A DNA stretch of 64,000 nt from Opitutales bacterium (GTDB taxonomy: Bacteria > Verrucomicrobiota > Verrucomicrobiia > Opitutales > T3Sed10-336). Shown here in pieces: positions 19,949 through 30,353 of the stretch. The translations under genes were made by a program, and so were the position numbers. Position 1 is the stretch's first letter, and the number at the start of each line of letters is the position of its first letter. The notes below the pieces were generated by a model. The model did no database searches and was not told where the DNA came from. It saw only the letters and a list, made by a program, of their open reading frames with translations. The stretch lies in the NCBI GenBank assembly GCA_007130045.1, contig SLTG01000041.1, positions 641 through 64,640 on the forward strand, written 5' to 3'.

Positions 19949-21358
19949 CTATTCCAAATACAATCCGTCGCGAACCTCGGGTTTTCGGGGAAGCTTTTTC
20001 CAGGCCTCGCGGAAGGAATCTTCGTCCCGGGCGAAAAGCGGACTGATCTCGATCCGGATTGCGGGAACGCCGTTTTCATCAACCGGCATATCGATTCCGG
20101 CCGCGCGCATCCAGCGGGCGAACTGTTTGAGCTGGTCGCGGAGGCAGGTTTCGGCTGAGTCCTCCCCGGTGGCATTCTTGACCGGACTGAACTCGTCCTC
20201 GCGCCCGGTTTCGAGGATGAGAGGGTTTTCGGCCATTCGCACGGCGTCGAATACGAACATTTCGAACTTGATGGCGTTCGGTTCGGAAGGCGAGACCCTC
20301 TCGCCCGCATCGTCAAGATGCGGAACCTTCTTTTTCGCACGGTGAAAAGGAAGGGTTTCCCCGCTTCCGGCCACTCGCTCCACCAATGACGTCTCCAGCA
20401 AATGAACCGCGATATTTCCGGAATTGAACCGGATGCGTCCTTGCCCGTCGGTCGCGCGCGCGAGCTTTTCGGGAAGGTCACTGTATTCGACCACGTCGAT
20501 CCGGCCGTTCCACGTGCAGAAAACGCCGACCTTTTCGTCCGGATGCGCTTTCGGAATCATTCTGCTAGACATTTCCGAACCCTGCGCGGAATGAAATCCG
20601 ATGAACCATGGATCGATTACCCGGACGAGCGGATTGTCCACCTGAAAATAGCTGATCACTTCGATTCCGCGGGAACGCAGCGTTTCAAAGATCCCGCTCC
20701 GCACCATCGCACGCAGCGAGCCGCCGTGCCCGTCCGGGCTCATTGCGATCGACGATTTCGCTTCGAGAAGAATTTTTCCATCGAAGGTCACGGCCGGCAT
20801 GCGTCCCTGGCGGAAGAACGAAACATTCTCCGCCGGCAAACCAAAAAACCCGTTTTTTTCGAGGAATGCGACGGTGGCGTCGTGATTGGCGTGACTGGTC
20901 ATGATCAGCCAGGGAATCGATGTTCCGTAAACCCGCTCCGCGGCGCGAATCTTTTCGGCGAACACCCGAAACAGCGGTTTCCGTTTGACCGGTGTGACCG
21001 GGAAGGTCCCCTTGGGGCCGTCAAAGCCGAGACGCGTCCCCTGCCCCCCCGCAACCGTAAACGCGGCGACCTTCCCGGCTCGCAGGAGATCCTCTCCCCG
21101 CTCCCGCGCCGCCTTCCATCTCAAGTCGCCATGCAGGTCGTCGGGCAGCGCGATGTACGGTGCCGGCTCCAGGTCGGAAACAGAACCGCCGTCGCCGGTT
21201 TCCGCGCCGTCCAGCAGACCTTCCAGTTCGACCAGGTCGATTTCCGCGGCCTGCGACAACAAGCCGGCTTTCTCAATCTCCGGCAACTCGTCCCAATACC
21301 GAAAAACGTGTCCCTGGCCCGCTTGATCAAACCGTTGTTTGAGCTGCTCAAAGTCCAT
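19949..21358 (-). CDS. UDPGP-family UDP-sugar / UDP-N-acetylhexosamine pyrophosphorylase (UAP1-like)
   Basis: ATG at 21358 (MDFEQLKQRFDQAGQGHVFRYWDEL). Nucleotide-binding loop VAGGQGTRLGFDGPKGTFPV resembles eukaryotic UAP1 (AGGQGTRLG..PKG). Confidence 0.88.
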   Translation of the reverse strand: MDFEQLKQRFDQAGQGHVFRYWDELPEIEKAGLLSQAAEIDLVELEGLLDGAETGDGGSVSDLEPAPYIALPDDLHGDLRWKAARERGEDLLRAGKVAAFTVAGGQGTRLGFDGPKGTFPVTPVKRKPLFRVFAEKIRAAERVYGTSIPWLIMTSHANHDATVAFLEKNGFFGLPAENVSFFRQGRMPAVTFDGKILLEAKSSIAMSPDGHGGSLRAMVRSGIFETLRSRGIEVISYFQVDNPLVRVIDPWFIGFHSAQGSEMSSRMIPKAHPDEKVGVFCTWNGRIDVVEYSDLPEKLARATDGQGRIRFNSGNIAVHLLETSLVERVAGSGETLPFHRAKKKVPHLDDAGERVSPSEPNAIKFEMFVFDAVRMAENPLILETGREDEFSPVKNATGEDSAETCLRDQLKQFARWMRAAGIDMPVDENGVPAIRIEISPLFARDEDSFREAWKKLPRKPEVRDGLYLE

Positions 21359-21551
21359 TCCCGGAATGAACGCAATCGAATCGGTCAAGTCGATATTATT
21401 AATGTATTAAGATTAAGGAAGAGCGCGCGGCTGTTTATCGGGCAAGGCCCGGATGCCGCCGAACGCGAGTCATGGAACGGCAAACACCCGCCGACCGTCC
21501 CCCTCGTATATCGGTTGTCTCAATGAAACCCGCAACGCGGCGCGGGATGTA

Positions 21552-23465
21552 TCAATAACTCCGGCCTTCCTGTTTTTCGTAGTAATTGATGAAGGCATTG
21601 TTGACGACCTTGAAGCCGCCCGGTGTGGGAAAATCGCCTGTGAAATACCAGTCTCCATGATGGTCGGGAAGGGAGCGGTGCAGGTTTTCGATCGTCTGAA
21701 AAATAACCTGAATTTCGCCGTGCCAGTCATTGAGCCGGGGCCGGACCAATTCCGAAATCTTGCCTGAGATTTCGTCGGCCGAAAACGGGTCGTAGATTCC
21801 TTTCACCCTGTTCGTGATCTTCTTCATCGGCTTGGTCACTTCCGAAAGGCATTCGCGGTAAATTTCAGTCATCAGCTCGCCCATACCTCTTTCCTTGATG
21901 AGGGCGATCGCGGCTTCAAAGGCGATGAATTTTCCGAGTTCCGACATGTCTATACCGTAGCAGTCGGGATAGCGAATCTGAGGCGCGGTGGACGCGATCA
22001 CGATCCTCTTCGGATTGAGCCGCGAGAGGATTTTCAGGATCGAGTACCTGAGGGTCGTGCCCCGCACGATCGAGTCGTCGATGCACACCAAGGTATCCTC
22101 CGGTCCCACCACTCCGTAACTGATATCGTAAACGTGCGAGGCCAAATCCCGGCGCCACTTTTCCTGGCTGATGAAGGTCCGGAGCTTGATGTCCTTGTGA
22201 GCGATTTTCTCGCTTCGCGGCCAGTTGGACATGATCAGTTCATCCAGAAGTTCGTCGGTCACCGCGTTTTGCCGCACGGCTTCGAGAATCCTCTGCTTCA
22301 CGTCCTCCCGCCTGCGAGAGCGCAACTCCTCCATCACACCGTAGTACGCGGTCTCGGCCGTGTTGGGAATATAGCCGAAAACGGCACGGTCGAGATCGTA
22401 ATCCACCGCATTGAGCAACTGGTCGGTCAACGCCCCGCCCAGCGCTTTCCGTTCCCGGTAAATATCCGGGTCGTTTCCGCGGGAAAAATAGATTCGTTCA
22501 AACGTGCACGAGGTCTGCCTGAGTGTTTCGGCGTAGGGTTTTTCGTAATGCGTTCCATCCTCTTTGATAACGAGCACGTGTCCCGGCTTTACCGCCCGGA
22601 CCTCGTCCGCCCCCGCGCTGAATACCGTCATCAGCGGCGCCCGCTCCGATGCGACCGCAAAAACCTCGTCGTTGTGGTAATAATGACACGGACGGATTCC
22701 GCCCGGATCGCGCAGTGCAAATGTGTCGCCGTTTCCCACCATTCCGACGATCGAATAGCCTCCGTCCCATTCCCTCGAAGCCTCGGAAATGACCTGTGCC
22801 GGGTCCAGTTCCCTGCCGAGGGCTTCGACCGCTTCGACGCCGTTTTTTCCTTCGGAAATCAACTCCTGGTACAAGCGGTCGTGCTCGACATCGAGGTGAT
22901 GCCCGACTTTTTCGAGTAGAGTCTGCGTATCCGAATCGTAGATCGGATGCTGGCCCATGTCGATGAGGCGGTCGTTCAGCTCGGGGGTATTGGTGAGGTT
23001 GAAGTTTCCGGCGATCACGAGGTTTTTCGCGGGCCAGTTGCTCTTGCGAAAATAGGGATGGCACGACCCGAGGCCGTATCCGCCGAAGGTGCCGTAGCGA
23101 AGGTGTCCGAGGTAGATCTCGGCGCCGAACTCGAAGTTATCCTTTACCGTGGACGCGAACTCCGGGTGGATTTCGCCGGTTTTGACGAGTTTTCCATACT
23201 CCTTGAGAAGCTTTCTGAAGATCCGGTCGAGGGGATTTGTTTTGATGTTCCGCGACCGGAAAATATAAGGCTTGCCGGCGGGCATGCCGAGCTTCATCGA
23301 CGCCACCCCGGCGCCGTCCTGTCCCCGGTTGTGCTGTTTTTCCATCAGCAGGAAGAGCCGGTGAAATCCATACAGGGCGTTACCGTATTTGTCCTGGTAA
23401 TACTGCAATGGCTTGAGCAGCCGTACTACGGCAATGCCGCACTCGTGTTTGATTTTATCGCTCAT
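21552..23465 (-). CDS. purF: Amidophosphoribosyltransferase, long form
   Basis: Short propeptide then Ntn Cys (MSDKIKHE|CGIAVV). PRPP loop VCIDDSIVRGTT. About 637 aa with a C-terminal extension, as in the long PurF class. Confidence 0.9.
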   Translation of the reverse strand: MSDKIKHECGIAVVRLLKPLQYYQDKYGNALYGFHRLFLLMEKQHNRGQDGAGVASMKLGMPAGKPYIFRSRNIKTNPLDRIFRKLLKEYGKLVKTGEIHPEFASTVKDNFEFGAEIYLGHLRYGTFGGYGLGSCHPYFRKSNWPAKNLVIAGNFNLTNTPELNDRLIDMGQHPIYDSDTQTLLEKVGHHLDVEHDRLYQELISEGKNGVEAVEALGRELDPAQVISEASREWDGGYSIVGMVGNGDTFALRDPGGIRPCHYYHNDEVFAVASERAPLMTVFSAGADEVRAVKPGHVLVIKEDGTHYEKPYAETLRQTSCTFERIYFSRGNDPDIYRERKALGGALTDQLLNAVDYDLDRAVFGYIPNTAETAYYGVMEELRSRRREDVKQRILEAVRQNAVTDELLDELIMSNWPRSEKIAHKDIKLRTFISQEKWRRDLASHVYDISYGVVGPEDTLVCIDDSIVRGTTLRYSILKILSRLNPKRIVIASTAPQIRYPDCYGIDMSELGKFIAFEAAIALIKERGMGELMTEIYRECLSEVTKPMKKITNRVKGIYDPFSADEISGKISELVRPRLNDWHGEIQVIFQTIENLHRSLPDHHGDWYFTGDFPTPGGFKVVNNAFINYYEKQEGRSY

Positions 23466-23563
23466 CGGTGATTCTGGAAACAGCGCGGGCCAACGGTCGA
23501 AGCCTCTCCCGAAACGTAGGGATCCTGCGGACAAGCCGGTTTCGGAAATTAGTGGTCATTGTC

Positions 23564-25891
23564 TCATGACGGGATTCCCGGCAAGCGCATCGCCTCGGGA
23601 ATCGCGTTCTCCCAAAAGTCTCTCAGGTCGTTCACGGACCAACGCAATTTCTCCGTCCGTCCCTCGCACGAAACCGCCATGACCGGTTCCGCGAGAACGG
23701 TCCCGATCGCCGAGGCGGGAATGCCCGCAGCCCGCGCATCCGCAAGGATTCGATCGGAGTCGGCATGCGCGACCGTCAGAATGACCCGCCCCTGGCTCTC
23801 GCCGTAGAAGAGGGCATCCAGGCGGGCATTCGGATCCACATCCTTGAGAAGCAGTTCGGCGCCGAGCTTTTCTTCGCCGAAAAGCATTTCGGCGACGGCG
23901 ACCAGGAATCCGCCCTCCGCGAGATCGTGGGCCGCTCCGGCACGGCCCTCGCGAATCTGTTTCCGGACAAAATCGTGCAAAGTCATTTCCCCGTCGAGAT
24001 CGACCCCGGGTGCGTCGCCGGCCTTCTGTCCGTGACAGATCCCGAGATAAGCGCTGCCGCCGAGCTCGTCGGGATACCCGCCGAGCAGGACAAGCCGGTC
24101 GCCGGGATTCCGGCAGAACTGGCTGGTGATGTGCGCGGGATCCTCGATTAATCCCGCGACCGACACGACAGGGGTCGGATCGACCGCCCCGTTCCGGTTC
24201 TCGTTGTAGAGGCTGACATTGCCGCCGACGACCGGCACGTCGAACGCGCGGCACGCGTCGGCCAGGCCCCGGACGCTTTCCTCCATCGTATAAAAAACCT
24301 CCGGCTTGTAGGGATTGCCGAAGTTCAGGTTATCCGTCATGGCGAGGGGAACCGCGCCAGTGCAGGCCAGGTTACGCATGCATTCCACCATTGCGATTAT
24401 TCCTCCGCGGTACGGATTAAGATAACAATAACGGCCGTTACAGTCGTTGGCAATCGCCACGTACTTTTCTTTGTCGCCCAGGCGCAACCGCACGACGGCG
24501 GCGTCGCTTCCCGGCGCAAGCACGGTTCCCGCCATGACCATGTGGTCGTACTGCCGGTAAACCCATCGTTTCGAAGCGATCGTCGGCATCGCCAGCAGGC
24601 GTCCGAGCGCGTCTTGAAGCATTTCCGGCGCGGGATCGCCGAGCGAATCCGCCGTCCACGCACGGGTCTCCTTGAGGTAGCCCGGCTCGGAGGACTCGCG
24701 GCGGTAAACCGGGCCCTCGTCGGTCAGAAGTTTCGCGGGTATGTCGGCCACCGTCACGCCGCGATGCTTCACCACCATCCGGTCTCCTTCGGTGACCTCG
24801 CCCACCTGTTCGGCATGGAGATCCCACTTGGCGAAAATCTCCTCCACCTCTGTTTCCCGTCCCTTCTGAACAATCACGAGCATCCGCTCCTGGCTTTCGG
24901 AGAGCATGATCTCGTAGGAGTTCATGCCGGTCTCGCGCTGCGGAACGCGATCGAGTTCGATCTCGATGCCCGCGTTCCCCCGGGCGGCCGTTTCGCAGCT
25001 CGAACAGGTCAGTCCCGCTGCGCCCATATCCTGAATGCCGACCACCAGTCCGGGAACGGCCATCATTTCGATGCACGCCTCCATCAGCAGTTTCTCCATA
25101 AACGGGTCGCCCTTCTGCACCGCCGGCCGGTCGGCCTGGCTTTCCTCGCTCAGTTCGCGCGAAGCGAAACTGGCGCCGCCGAGACCGTCACGCCCAGTGG
25201 AGGCCCCCACGTAGAAAACCGGATTGCCGACTCCCGAAGCCGCTCCCCGTTTGATCTGGTCGTGCCGGAGCACGCCGAGACACAGAGCGTTGACGAGGGG
25301 ATTTCCTTCGTAGGAGGGGTCAAAGTACACGTCGCCGCCGACAGTGGGAATACCCATGCAGTTTCCATAATGCGCGATCCCTGCGACGACCCCGCGGAAA
25401 ATGTGCCGGACGGTCTTTGATCCGAGGTCGCCAAAGCGAAGCGAGTTCGTCAGCAGAACCGGACGGGCGCCCATTGTGAAAATATCCCGGATTATGCCGC
25501 CGACTCCCGTCGCGGCCCCTTCGAACGGCTCCACGGCGCTGGGATGGTTGTGGGATTCGATTTTGAAGCAAATCGCCCACCCCTCCCCGATGTCGATCAC
25601 CCCGGCGTTTTCCTCGCCGGCCTTGACGAGCACTTTTCCGTAAGGCGGATCCGTGCGATATTTTTCCGCGGGAAACTGTTTGAGGAGCGGGCGGGAGTTC
25701 TTGTACGAGCAATGCTCGGACCACATCACGCTGAAGATTCCCAACTCGGTCAGCGTCGGTTCGCGGCCGAGTTCACCGAGAATCTTCTCGTATTCCTCGG
25801 GCAGGATTCCGTGCTTATTCACGAGTTCCGGCGTGATCCTCACATTGAGAAGCGGATCGGGATTGGGCGAAAGTTTTTGCGATACCGTCAT
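23564..25891 (-). CDS. purL: Phosphoribosylformylglycinamidine synthase subunit PurL
   Basis: 775 aa. [26 protein letters not shown] and duplicated AIR-synthase-like domains. Confidence 0.97.
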   Translation of the reverse strand: MTVSQKLSPNPDPLLNVRITPELVNKHGILPEEYEKILGELGREPTLTELGIFSVMWSEHCSYKNSRPLLKQFPAEKYRTDPPYGKVLVKAGEENAGVIDIGEGWAICFKIESHNHPSAVEPFEGAATGVGGIIRDIFTMGARPVLLTNSLRFGDLGSKTVRHIFRGVVAGIAHYGNCMGIPTVGGDVYFDPSYEGNPLVNALCLGVLRHDQIKRGAASGVGNPVFYVGASTGRDGLGGASFASRELSEESQADRPAVQKGDPFMEKLLMEACIEMMAVPGLVVGIQDMGAAGLTCSSCETAARGNAGIEIELDRVPQRETGMNSYEIMLSESQERMLVIVQKGRETEVEEIFAKWDLHAEQVGEVTEGDRMVVKHRGVTVADIPAKLLTDEGPVYRRESSEPGYLKETRAWTADSLGDPAPEMLQDALGRLLAMPTIASKRWVYRQYDHMVMAGTVLAPGSDAAVVRLRLGDKEKYVAIANDCNGRYCYLNPYRGGIIAMVECMRNLACTGAVPLAMTDNLNFGNPYKPEVFYTMEESVRGLADACRAFDVPVVGGNVSLYNENRNGAVDPTPVVSVAGLIEDPAHITSQFCRNPGDRLVLLGGYPDELGGSAYLGICHGQKAGDAPGVDLDGEMTLHDFVRKQIREGRAGAAHDLAEGGFLVAVAEMLFGEEKLGAELLLKDVDPNARLDALFYGESQGRVILTVAHADSDRILADARAAGIPASAIGTVLAEPVMAVSCEGRTEKLRWSVNDLRDFWENAIPEAMRLPGIPS

Positions 25892-25953
25892 TTTAGAAAT
25901 TCAACTGATGGGACGAAGCAAGAGCCGGAACGCGACAGGCGCCGTAAGATTCT

Positions 25954-26664
25954 TCATACGCCGACCCCGGCGCCGCTCTTCGCCGCCTCCAGAACCGCCT
26001 TGAGAACGGGAATCCCGTCGCGGCTCGGATGAAAGCTTTCCACCGCGCGCTCCGGATGCGGCATCATGCCGAAAACGTTGCCGCGGCGGTTTCGGATCCC
26101 CGCGATATTGTCCACCGAACCGTTGGGATTCTCCAGCCGGCGATCCGCTGCGGACCCGCGGGCCGCGTAGCGGAAAAGGATCTGCCCGTTCTTGCGCAAC
26201 GAATCGAGCCCTTCGCCGTCGATCAAGTAATTCCCCTCGCCATGGGCGACGGGGATCATCAGCCTTTCGCCCAGTTTCTCCCGATTGAAGAACGGTCCGG
26301 CCTCTTCGACCCGGAGTTCGACCGTCGTGCAGCGAAACTCCAGGCATTCGTTGCGTATCAGCGCGCCCGGAAGGAGGCCCGCTTCGCAAAGGACCTGAAA
26401 TCCGTTGCAGATCCCGAGAACGACGCCCCCGTTTTCGGCGAACCCGGTCACCGCGCGCATGATCGGAGAAAATCGCGCGATCGCCCCGCACCGCAGATAA
26501 TCGCCGAACGAAAATCCTCCCGGCAGGACAACCAGCTCCGCGTCCCCGAGCGATTCGTCCTTGTGCCACACCATTCGCGCCGGGAGTCCCGGAACCGTCG
26601 CAAAGGCGTGAAAGGCGTCTTGGTCGCAATTCGAACCGGGAAATTGAATTACAGCCGTTTTCAT
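25954..26664 (-). CDS. purQ: Phosphoribosylformylglycinamidine synthase subunit PurQ (glutaminase)
   Basis: ATG at 26664 ([14 protein letters not shown]). Catalytic GICNGFQVL and HGEGN. Confidence 0.95.
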   Translation of the reverse strand: MKTAVIQFPGSNCDQDAFHAFATVPGLPARMVWHKDESLGDAELVVLPGGFSFGDYLRCGAIARFSPIMRAVTGFAENGGVVLGICNGFQVLCEAGLLPGALIRNECLEFRCTTVELRVEEAGPFFNREKLGERLMIPVAHGEGNYLIDGEGLDSLRKNGQILFRYAARGSAADRRLENPNGSVDNIAGIRNRRGNVFGMMPHPERAVESFHPSRDGIPVLKAVLEAAKSGAGVGV

Positions 26665-26912
26665 CAACCCGCGTCTTCGATGCTCCACCGGTAATCCTCG
26701 ATCACGGGATTACTCAGGAGGTCCCGGCAAACCCGGTCCATGGACGCCTCAAAATCCTCCCCGGGCTCGCCCTCGAGCTCCAGTTCGATTACCTTGCCCA
26801 TGCGCGCGTTTTTCAGGTCTTTGAACCCAAGGCTCGTCATCGCGTGCGCGATAGCCGCGCCCTGCGGATCGAGAACGTTTTTCTTCGGTGTGACAAATAC
26901 GTTGATCTTCAC
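26664..26912 (-). CDS. purS: Phosphoribosylformylglycinamidine synthase subunit PurS
   Basis: GTG start at 26912 gives (M)KINVFVTPKKNVLDPQGAAIAHAMTSLGF..., 82 aa. Its TGA overlaps the purQ ATG (ATGA). Confidence 0.85.
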   Translation of the reverse strand: MKINVFVTPKKNVLDPQGAAIAHAMTSLGFKDLKNARMGKVIELELEGEPGEDFEASMDRVCRDLLSNPVIEDYRWSIEDAG

Positions 26913-26947
26913 GTTAAGGAAGAATGACACCCGCCCATTGCCGACCG

Positions 26948-27709
26948 TCAAGGTAAATCCTTCAAGTACGCTTCGTAGCGCCGAGCATCGTCCGGCGTGT
27001 CTATGCCGATGGTCGGCTCGTCGGTCGGGGCGACGGCAATGCAATAACCGTTTTCCAGCACCCGGAGCTGTTCGAGACGTTCGATCCGCTCGAGCCTGCC
27101 CGGGGGAAGATGCGCCAAAATCTTCAGGAAATCGCGCTGATAGGCGTAAAGACCGAGATGGCGGCGGCAATCGTGTTCCCGAAACCAGGCCTCGTCGATG
27201 CCGTCGGCTTCGTCGCGCGGAAACGGAATCGGCGCCCGGGAAAAATAAAGCGCCCTGCCCTGTTCATCCAACACGACCTTCACTTGGTTCGGATCAAAAA
27301 AATCCTCCTTCCGCTCGAAGCGAACGGCCAGGGTCGCCATCGGCGCCTCTCCGCGCACCGCCGCGGCCAGCGCACGAATCTGTTTTCCCGTCACCAACGG
27401 CTCGTCGGCCTGGACGTTGACGACACAGCGCGCACCGATCGTCGCGTTGGCCTCGGCGATCCGGTCGGAACCGCTCGGGTGATCGGGCGATGTCATCACA
27501 AAAGAATAGCCCCGCTCCCGCAATGCCGCAGCCAGTTCGGGATCGTCGACCGCGAAATGCAGCGGAATCTCCGGAACCTCGCTCGCGATGCGATCCGCAA
27601 CGTGAAGAATCAGCGGCTTTCCCTCGATTTCGTGAAGCAGTTTTCGGGGAAATCGCGTGGATCGCAAACGCGCCGGCACAATGATCGCTGTATCCTGCAT
27701 CGACTCCAT
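26948..27709 (-). CDS. kdsB: 3-deoxy-manno-octulosonate cytidylyltransferase (CMP-Kdo synthetase)
   Basis: AIIVPARLRSTRFPRKLLHEIEGKPLI N-terminus, VNVQADEP motif, 253 aa. First gene of the kdsB-purSQLF string. Confidence 0.93.
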   Translation of the reverse strand: MESMQDTAIIVPARLRSTRFPRKLLHEIEGKPLILHVADRIASEVPEIPLHFAVDDPELAAALRERGYSFVMTSPDHPSGSDRIAEANATIGARCVVNVQADEPLVTGKQIRALAAAVRGEAPMATLAVRFERKEDFFDPNQVKVVLDEQGRALYFSRAPIPFPRDEADGIDEAWFREHDCRRHLGLYAYQRDFLKILAHLPPGRLERIERLEQLRVLENGYCIAVAPTDEPTIGIDTPDDARRYEAYLKDLP

Positions 27710-27879
27710 TCAAACGGCAGGACGAAGCACGTAAAGGTTTTCCACTCCCCGTCATCAAGTTCCTTCTCGGAAAACCCGACAAACGCGGAATCCATTCGCT
27801 TCGGGCGCGCGATTCGGCCAATCGATTCGGGCTATTGCCATTCGGGAATCTTTCCGCTCAAAATCGTTCTTTCGACGCC

Positions 27880-29412
27880 ATGGAACCAATCCGATTCGAA
27901 GACTGGATTCGCTGGTCGGGAACCTTCAGCCGGTTGCCGCGCGTCGTCGCGTACCCGGGACAAAAGCTTCCGGAGTCGTGGCTGAACTTCTGGGACGAGG
28001 GACCCACGTTGCTGCTCGAAAGCGGAAAAGACGGGCGTTACACGATCCTCGCTATCAGGATCAAGGAAATCATCACCGGCTCCGAAACCGAAGGACGCGT
28101 CAATGCCGTCTCACCGGACGGAACCCTTGAGTTGAGCGAACGCCGCCCGGGCCGGCCCCTTGATGTGATCCGCGCCTGGCTCGCCCGGAATCCGGGCCCC
28201 TCGATCGCCGGATATCCGCCTTGTTGCGGCGGACTCGCGGGCATGTTCTCGTACGACCTCGTCCGCACTCTGGAACGGTTGCCCGAAACCGCACGAGCGG
28301 ACATCGATATTCCGTTGTACGCGCTCGCGGTCTTCTCCGAGGGCTGCATTTACGACCATCGGGAGGCCATTCTCTACTCGGTTGCCTGGGACCGGCGCGA
28401 AGCGGGGAGTCCGGAAACCGACGCGGACCACGCCGCTCTGAAAGCCGCCTTCGACCGATGCGGGAAGACCGCCGAAAGCAATGCCGCCGCCTGGATTGAA
28501 GCGGCAAACGCGCCGTCGCCGACTCCGGGCCTCGCCGCGCCCCCGCCAACACCCTCCGTCGCTCCCCCCGCATTTTCCCTCGACCGCGGGGAGTTCATCG
28601 GCGCCGTTAAACGGATCCAGGAATACATCGCCGCCGGCGACACCTACCAGGTCAATCTCTCGCTTCGGGAAACCCGTCCGCTTTCGATTCCCGCCGAATC
28701 CGTTTACGAAGCGCTCCGCCGGATCAATCCCTCGCCGTACATGGGATTGCTCCGTTTCCCCGGATTCACCCTGGTCAGCGGTTCGCCCGAACTCCTGGTG
28801 CGCCTTCACGGCGATCGGCTTGAAGCCCGTCCGATCGCGGGAACCCGGCCCCGCGATCAAGAATCTCACCGCGACCACGAGCTCGCCGTCGAGCTGATGG
28901 CGCATCCCAAGGAGCGCGCCGAGCACCTCATGCTCGTCGACCTGATCCGCAACGACCTCGGACGGGTTTCGCGCTACGGGACGGTCAAAGTGCGCGACTT
29001 CATGGTACTGGAAGACTATTCTCACGTCCGCCACATCGTTTCGCACATCGAAGGCCGGCTGACGGAAGGCAGGGACGCCCTCGATGTGATCGCGGCGACC
29101 TTTCCCGGCGGCACCATTACCGGCGCTCCCAAAGTGAGGACGATGGAGATTATCGAGGAGTTCGAGCCGGTGCGCCGCGGTCCCTACACCGGCTCGATCG
29201 GCTGGATCGGTTTCGCCGGCGACATGGAGCTCAACATCGTCATCCGCACGCTCGTCGCTGAACACGGCCGGGCGCACGTGCAGGCGGGCGCGGGGATCGT
29301 GGCGGACTCGGTTCCCGAGAAGGAATACGAGGAATCGCTGAACAAGGCCAAAGCTCTTTGGGTGGCGGTGGAACACGCCGAAGCCGCCGCTCAGACCAGA
29401 ACCGCGCAGTAG
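27880..29412 (+). CDS. pabB: Chorismate-utilising enzyme, aminodeoxychorismate/anthranilate synthase component I family (PabB-like by context)
   Basis: C-terminal chorismate-binding domain (PGGTITGAPKVRTMEIIEEFEPVRRGPYTGSIG). Has the PIAGT variant rather than PIKGT. Followed by a class IV aminotransferase-fold gene. ATG at 27880 is preferred to TTG at 27835. Confidence 0.8.
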   Translation: MEPIRFEDWIRWSGTFSRLPRVVAYPGQKLPESWLNFWDEGPTLLLESGKDGRYTILAIRIKEIITGSETEGRVNAVSPDGTLELSERRPGRPLDVIRAWLARNPGPSIAGYPPCCGGLAGMFSYDLVRTLERLPETARADIDIPLYALAVFSEGCIYDHREAILYSVAWDRREAGSPETDADHAALKAAFDRCGKTAESNAAAWIEAANAPSPTPGLAAPPPTPSVAPPAFSLDRGEFIGAVKRIQEYIAAGDTYQVNLSLRETRPLSIPAESVYEALRRINPSPYMGLLRFPGFTLVSGSPELLVRLHGDRLEARPIAGTRPRDQESHRDHELAVELMAHPKERAEHLMLVDLIRNDLGRVSRYGTVKVRDFMVLEDYSHVRHIVSHIEGRLTEGRDALDVIAATFPGGTITGAPKVRTMEIIEEFEPVRRGPYTGSIGWIGFAGDMELNIVIRTLVAEHGRAHVQAGAGIVADSVPEKEYEESLNKAKALWVAVEHAEAAAQTRTAQ

Positions 29413-29422
29413 AAGCCGTCCC

Positions 29423-30316
29423 ATGAAAATTTACCTGAACGGCCGAATTCTCCCCGAAGAAGAAGCCACTGTTTCCGCCACCGACCACGGATTTCTCTAT
29501 GGCGCGGGTTTCTTTGAGACCTTTCGCACGTTCAACGGTCGCGCGTTTCTTATCGACGAACACCTCAAACGCCTCAAATCGGGCTGCGAGCAAATTCGTA
29601 TCCGTTACGGAAATACATTCCTCGGAACAGAGCCCCGCATGGAGCCGGTTCTGACCGAACTCCTGAAAGCCAACGATCTGCCCGATGCCGCGTTCCGGTA
29701 CACCGTCTCAGCCGGACCCACACCCGGAGGGCTGCCCCGTCAGGCATATACGGCTCCGACCGAACTGCTCGTGCCGCGCCCGCTTTCCGAAAACGACTCG
29801 CAGCCGGTCTCTCTTCATGTGCTGACGACGCGCCGCAACTCATCCGAGTTCGATCCACGTCCCAAGAGCGTGAACTATCTGAACTCGCTTGCCGGCCATT
29901 TCGAGCTGCTCGATCGGAAAACGGCGCCCGGCGACGAGGGAATCATGCTGTCCCCGGACGGTCGGCTTTGCGAAGGCGTCACAAGCAATCTCTTTCTCAT
30001 TCGCGACGGGTGCGTTCACACTCCGCGGTGCACGGGACGCATCCTTCCGGGAGTCACCCGCCAGTTCCTCCTCGGCCTGGCCCGGTCGCGCCGGCTGCCT
30101 CACATTGAAGGCGATTACACCCTCGCGGATATGACCCCGTCCGACGCGGTTTTCCTGACCAACTCGGTACGCGGACTCATCCCGGTCTCGGCAGTGTTCG
30201 GCGCGGAGCGGGAACGCATCTGGGAGAACGACTCCTCCCTCGACCCGCACTTCAATAAGTTAAGCCGGATGTATTCGATGGAAACATTACAGAGGTGCGG
30301 AACGCCTCACGGGTAG
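29423..30316 (+). CDS. Aminotransferase class IV family protein (aminodeoxychorismate lyase PabC-like)
   Basis: DHGFLYGAGFFETFRTFNGRAF, PKSVNYLNSLAG, EGVTSNLFLI and ILPGVTR motifs of fold-type IV PLP enzymes. Confidence 0.8.
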   Translation: MKIYLNGRILPEEEATVSATDHGFLYGAGFFETFRTFNGRAFLIDEHLKRLKSGCEQIRIRYGNTFLGTEPRMEPVLTELLKANDLPDAAFRYTVSAGPTPGGLPRQAYTAPTELLVPRPLSENDSQPVSLHVLTTRRNSSEFDPRPKSVNYLNSLAGHFELLDRKTAPGDEGIMLSPDGRLCEGVTSNLFLIRDGCVHTPRCTGRILPGVTRQFLLGLARSRRLPHIEGDYTLADMTPSDAVFLTNSVRGLIPVSAVFGAERERIWENDSSLDPHFNKLSRMYSMETLQRCGTPHG

Positions 30317-30353
30317 TCGCCGGCTCGGCGTGGCTCCGCGAGGAGGCGGAATG

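Noticed and set aside
23556-24254. 232-aa Arg-rich ORF on the same strand as purL
   Set aside because: It is an alternative frame inside purL. Its composition (R/G/P/S) is typical of an off-frame reading of GC-rich coding DNA.
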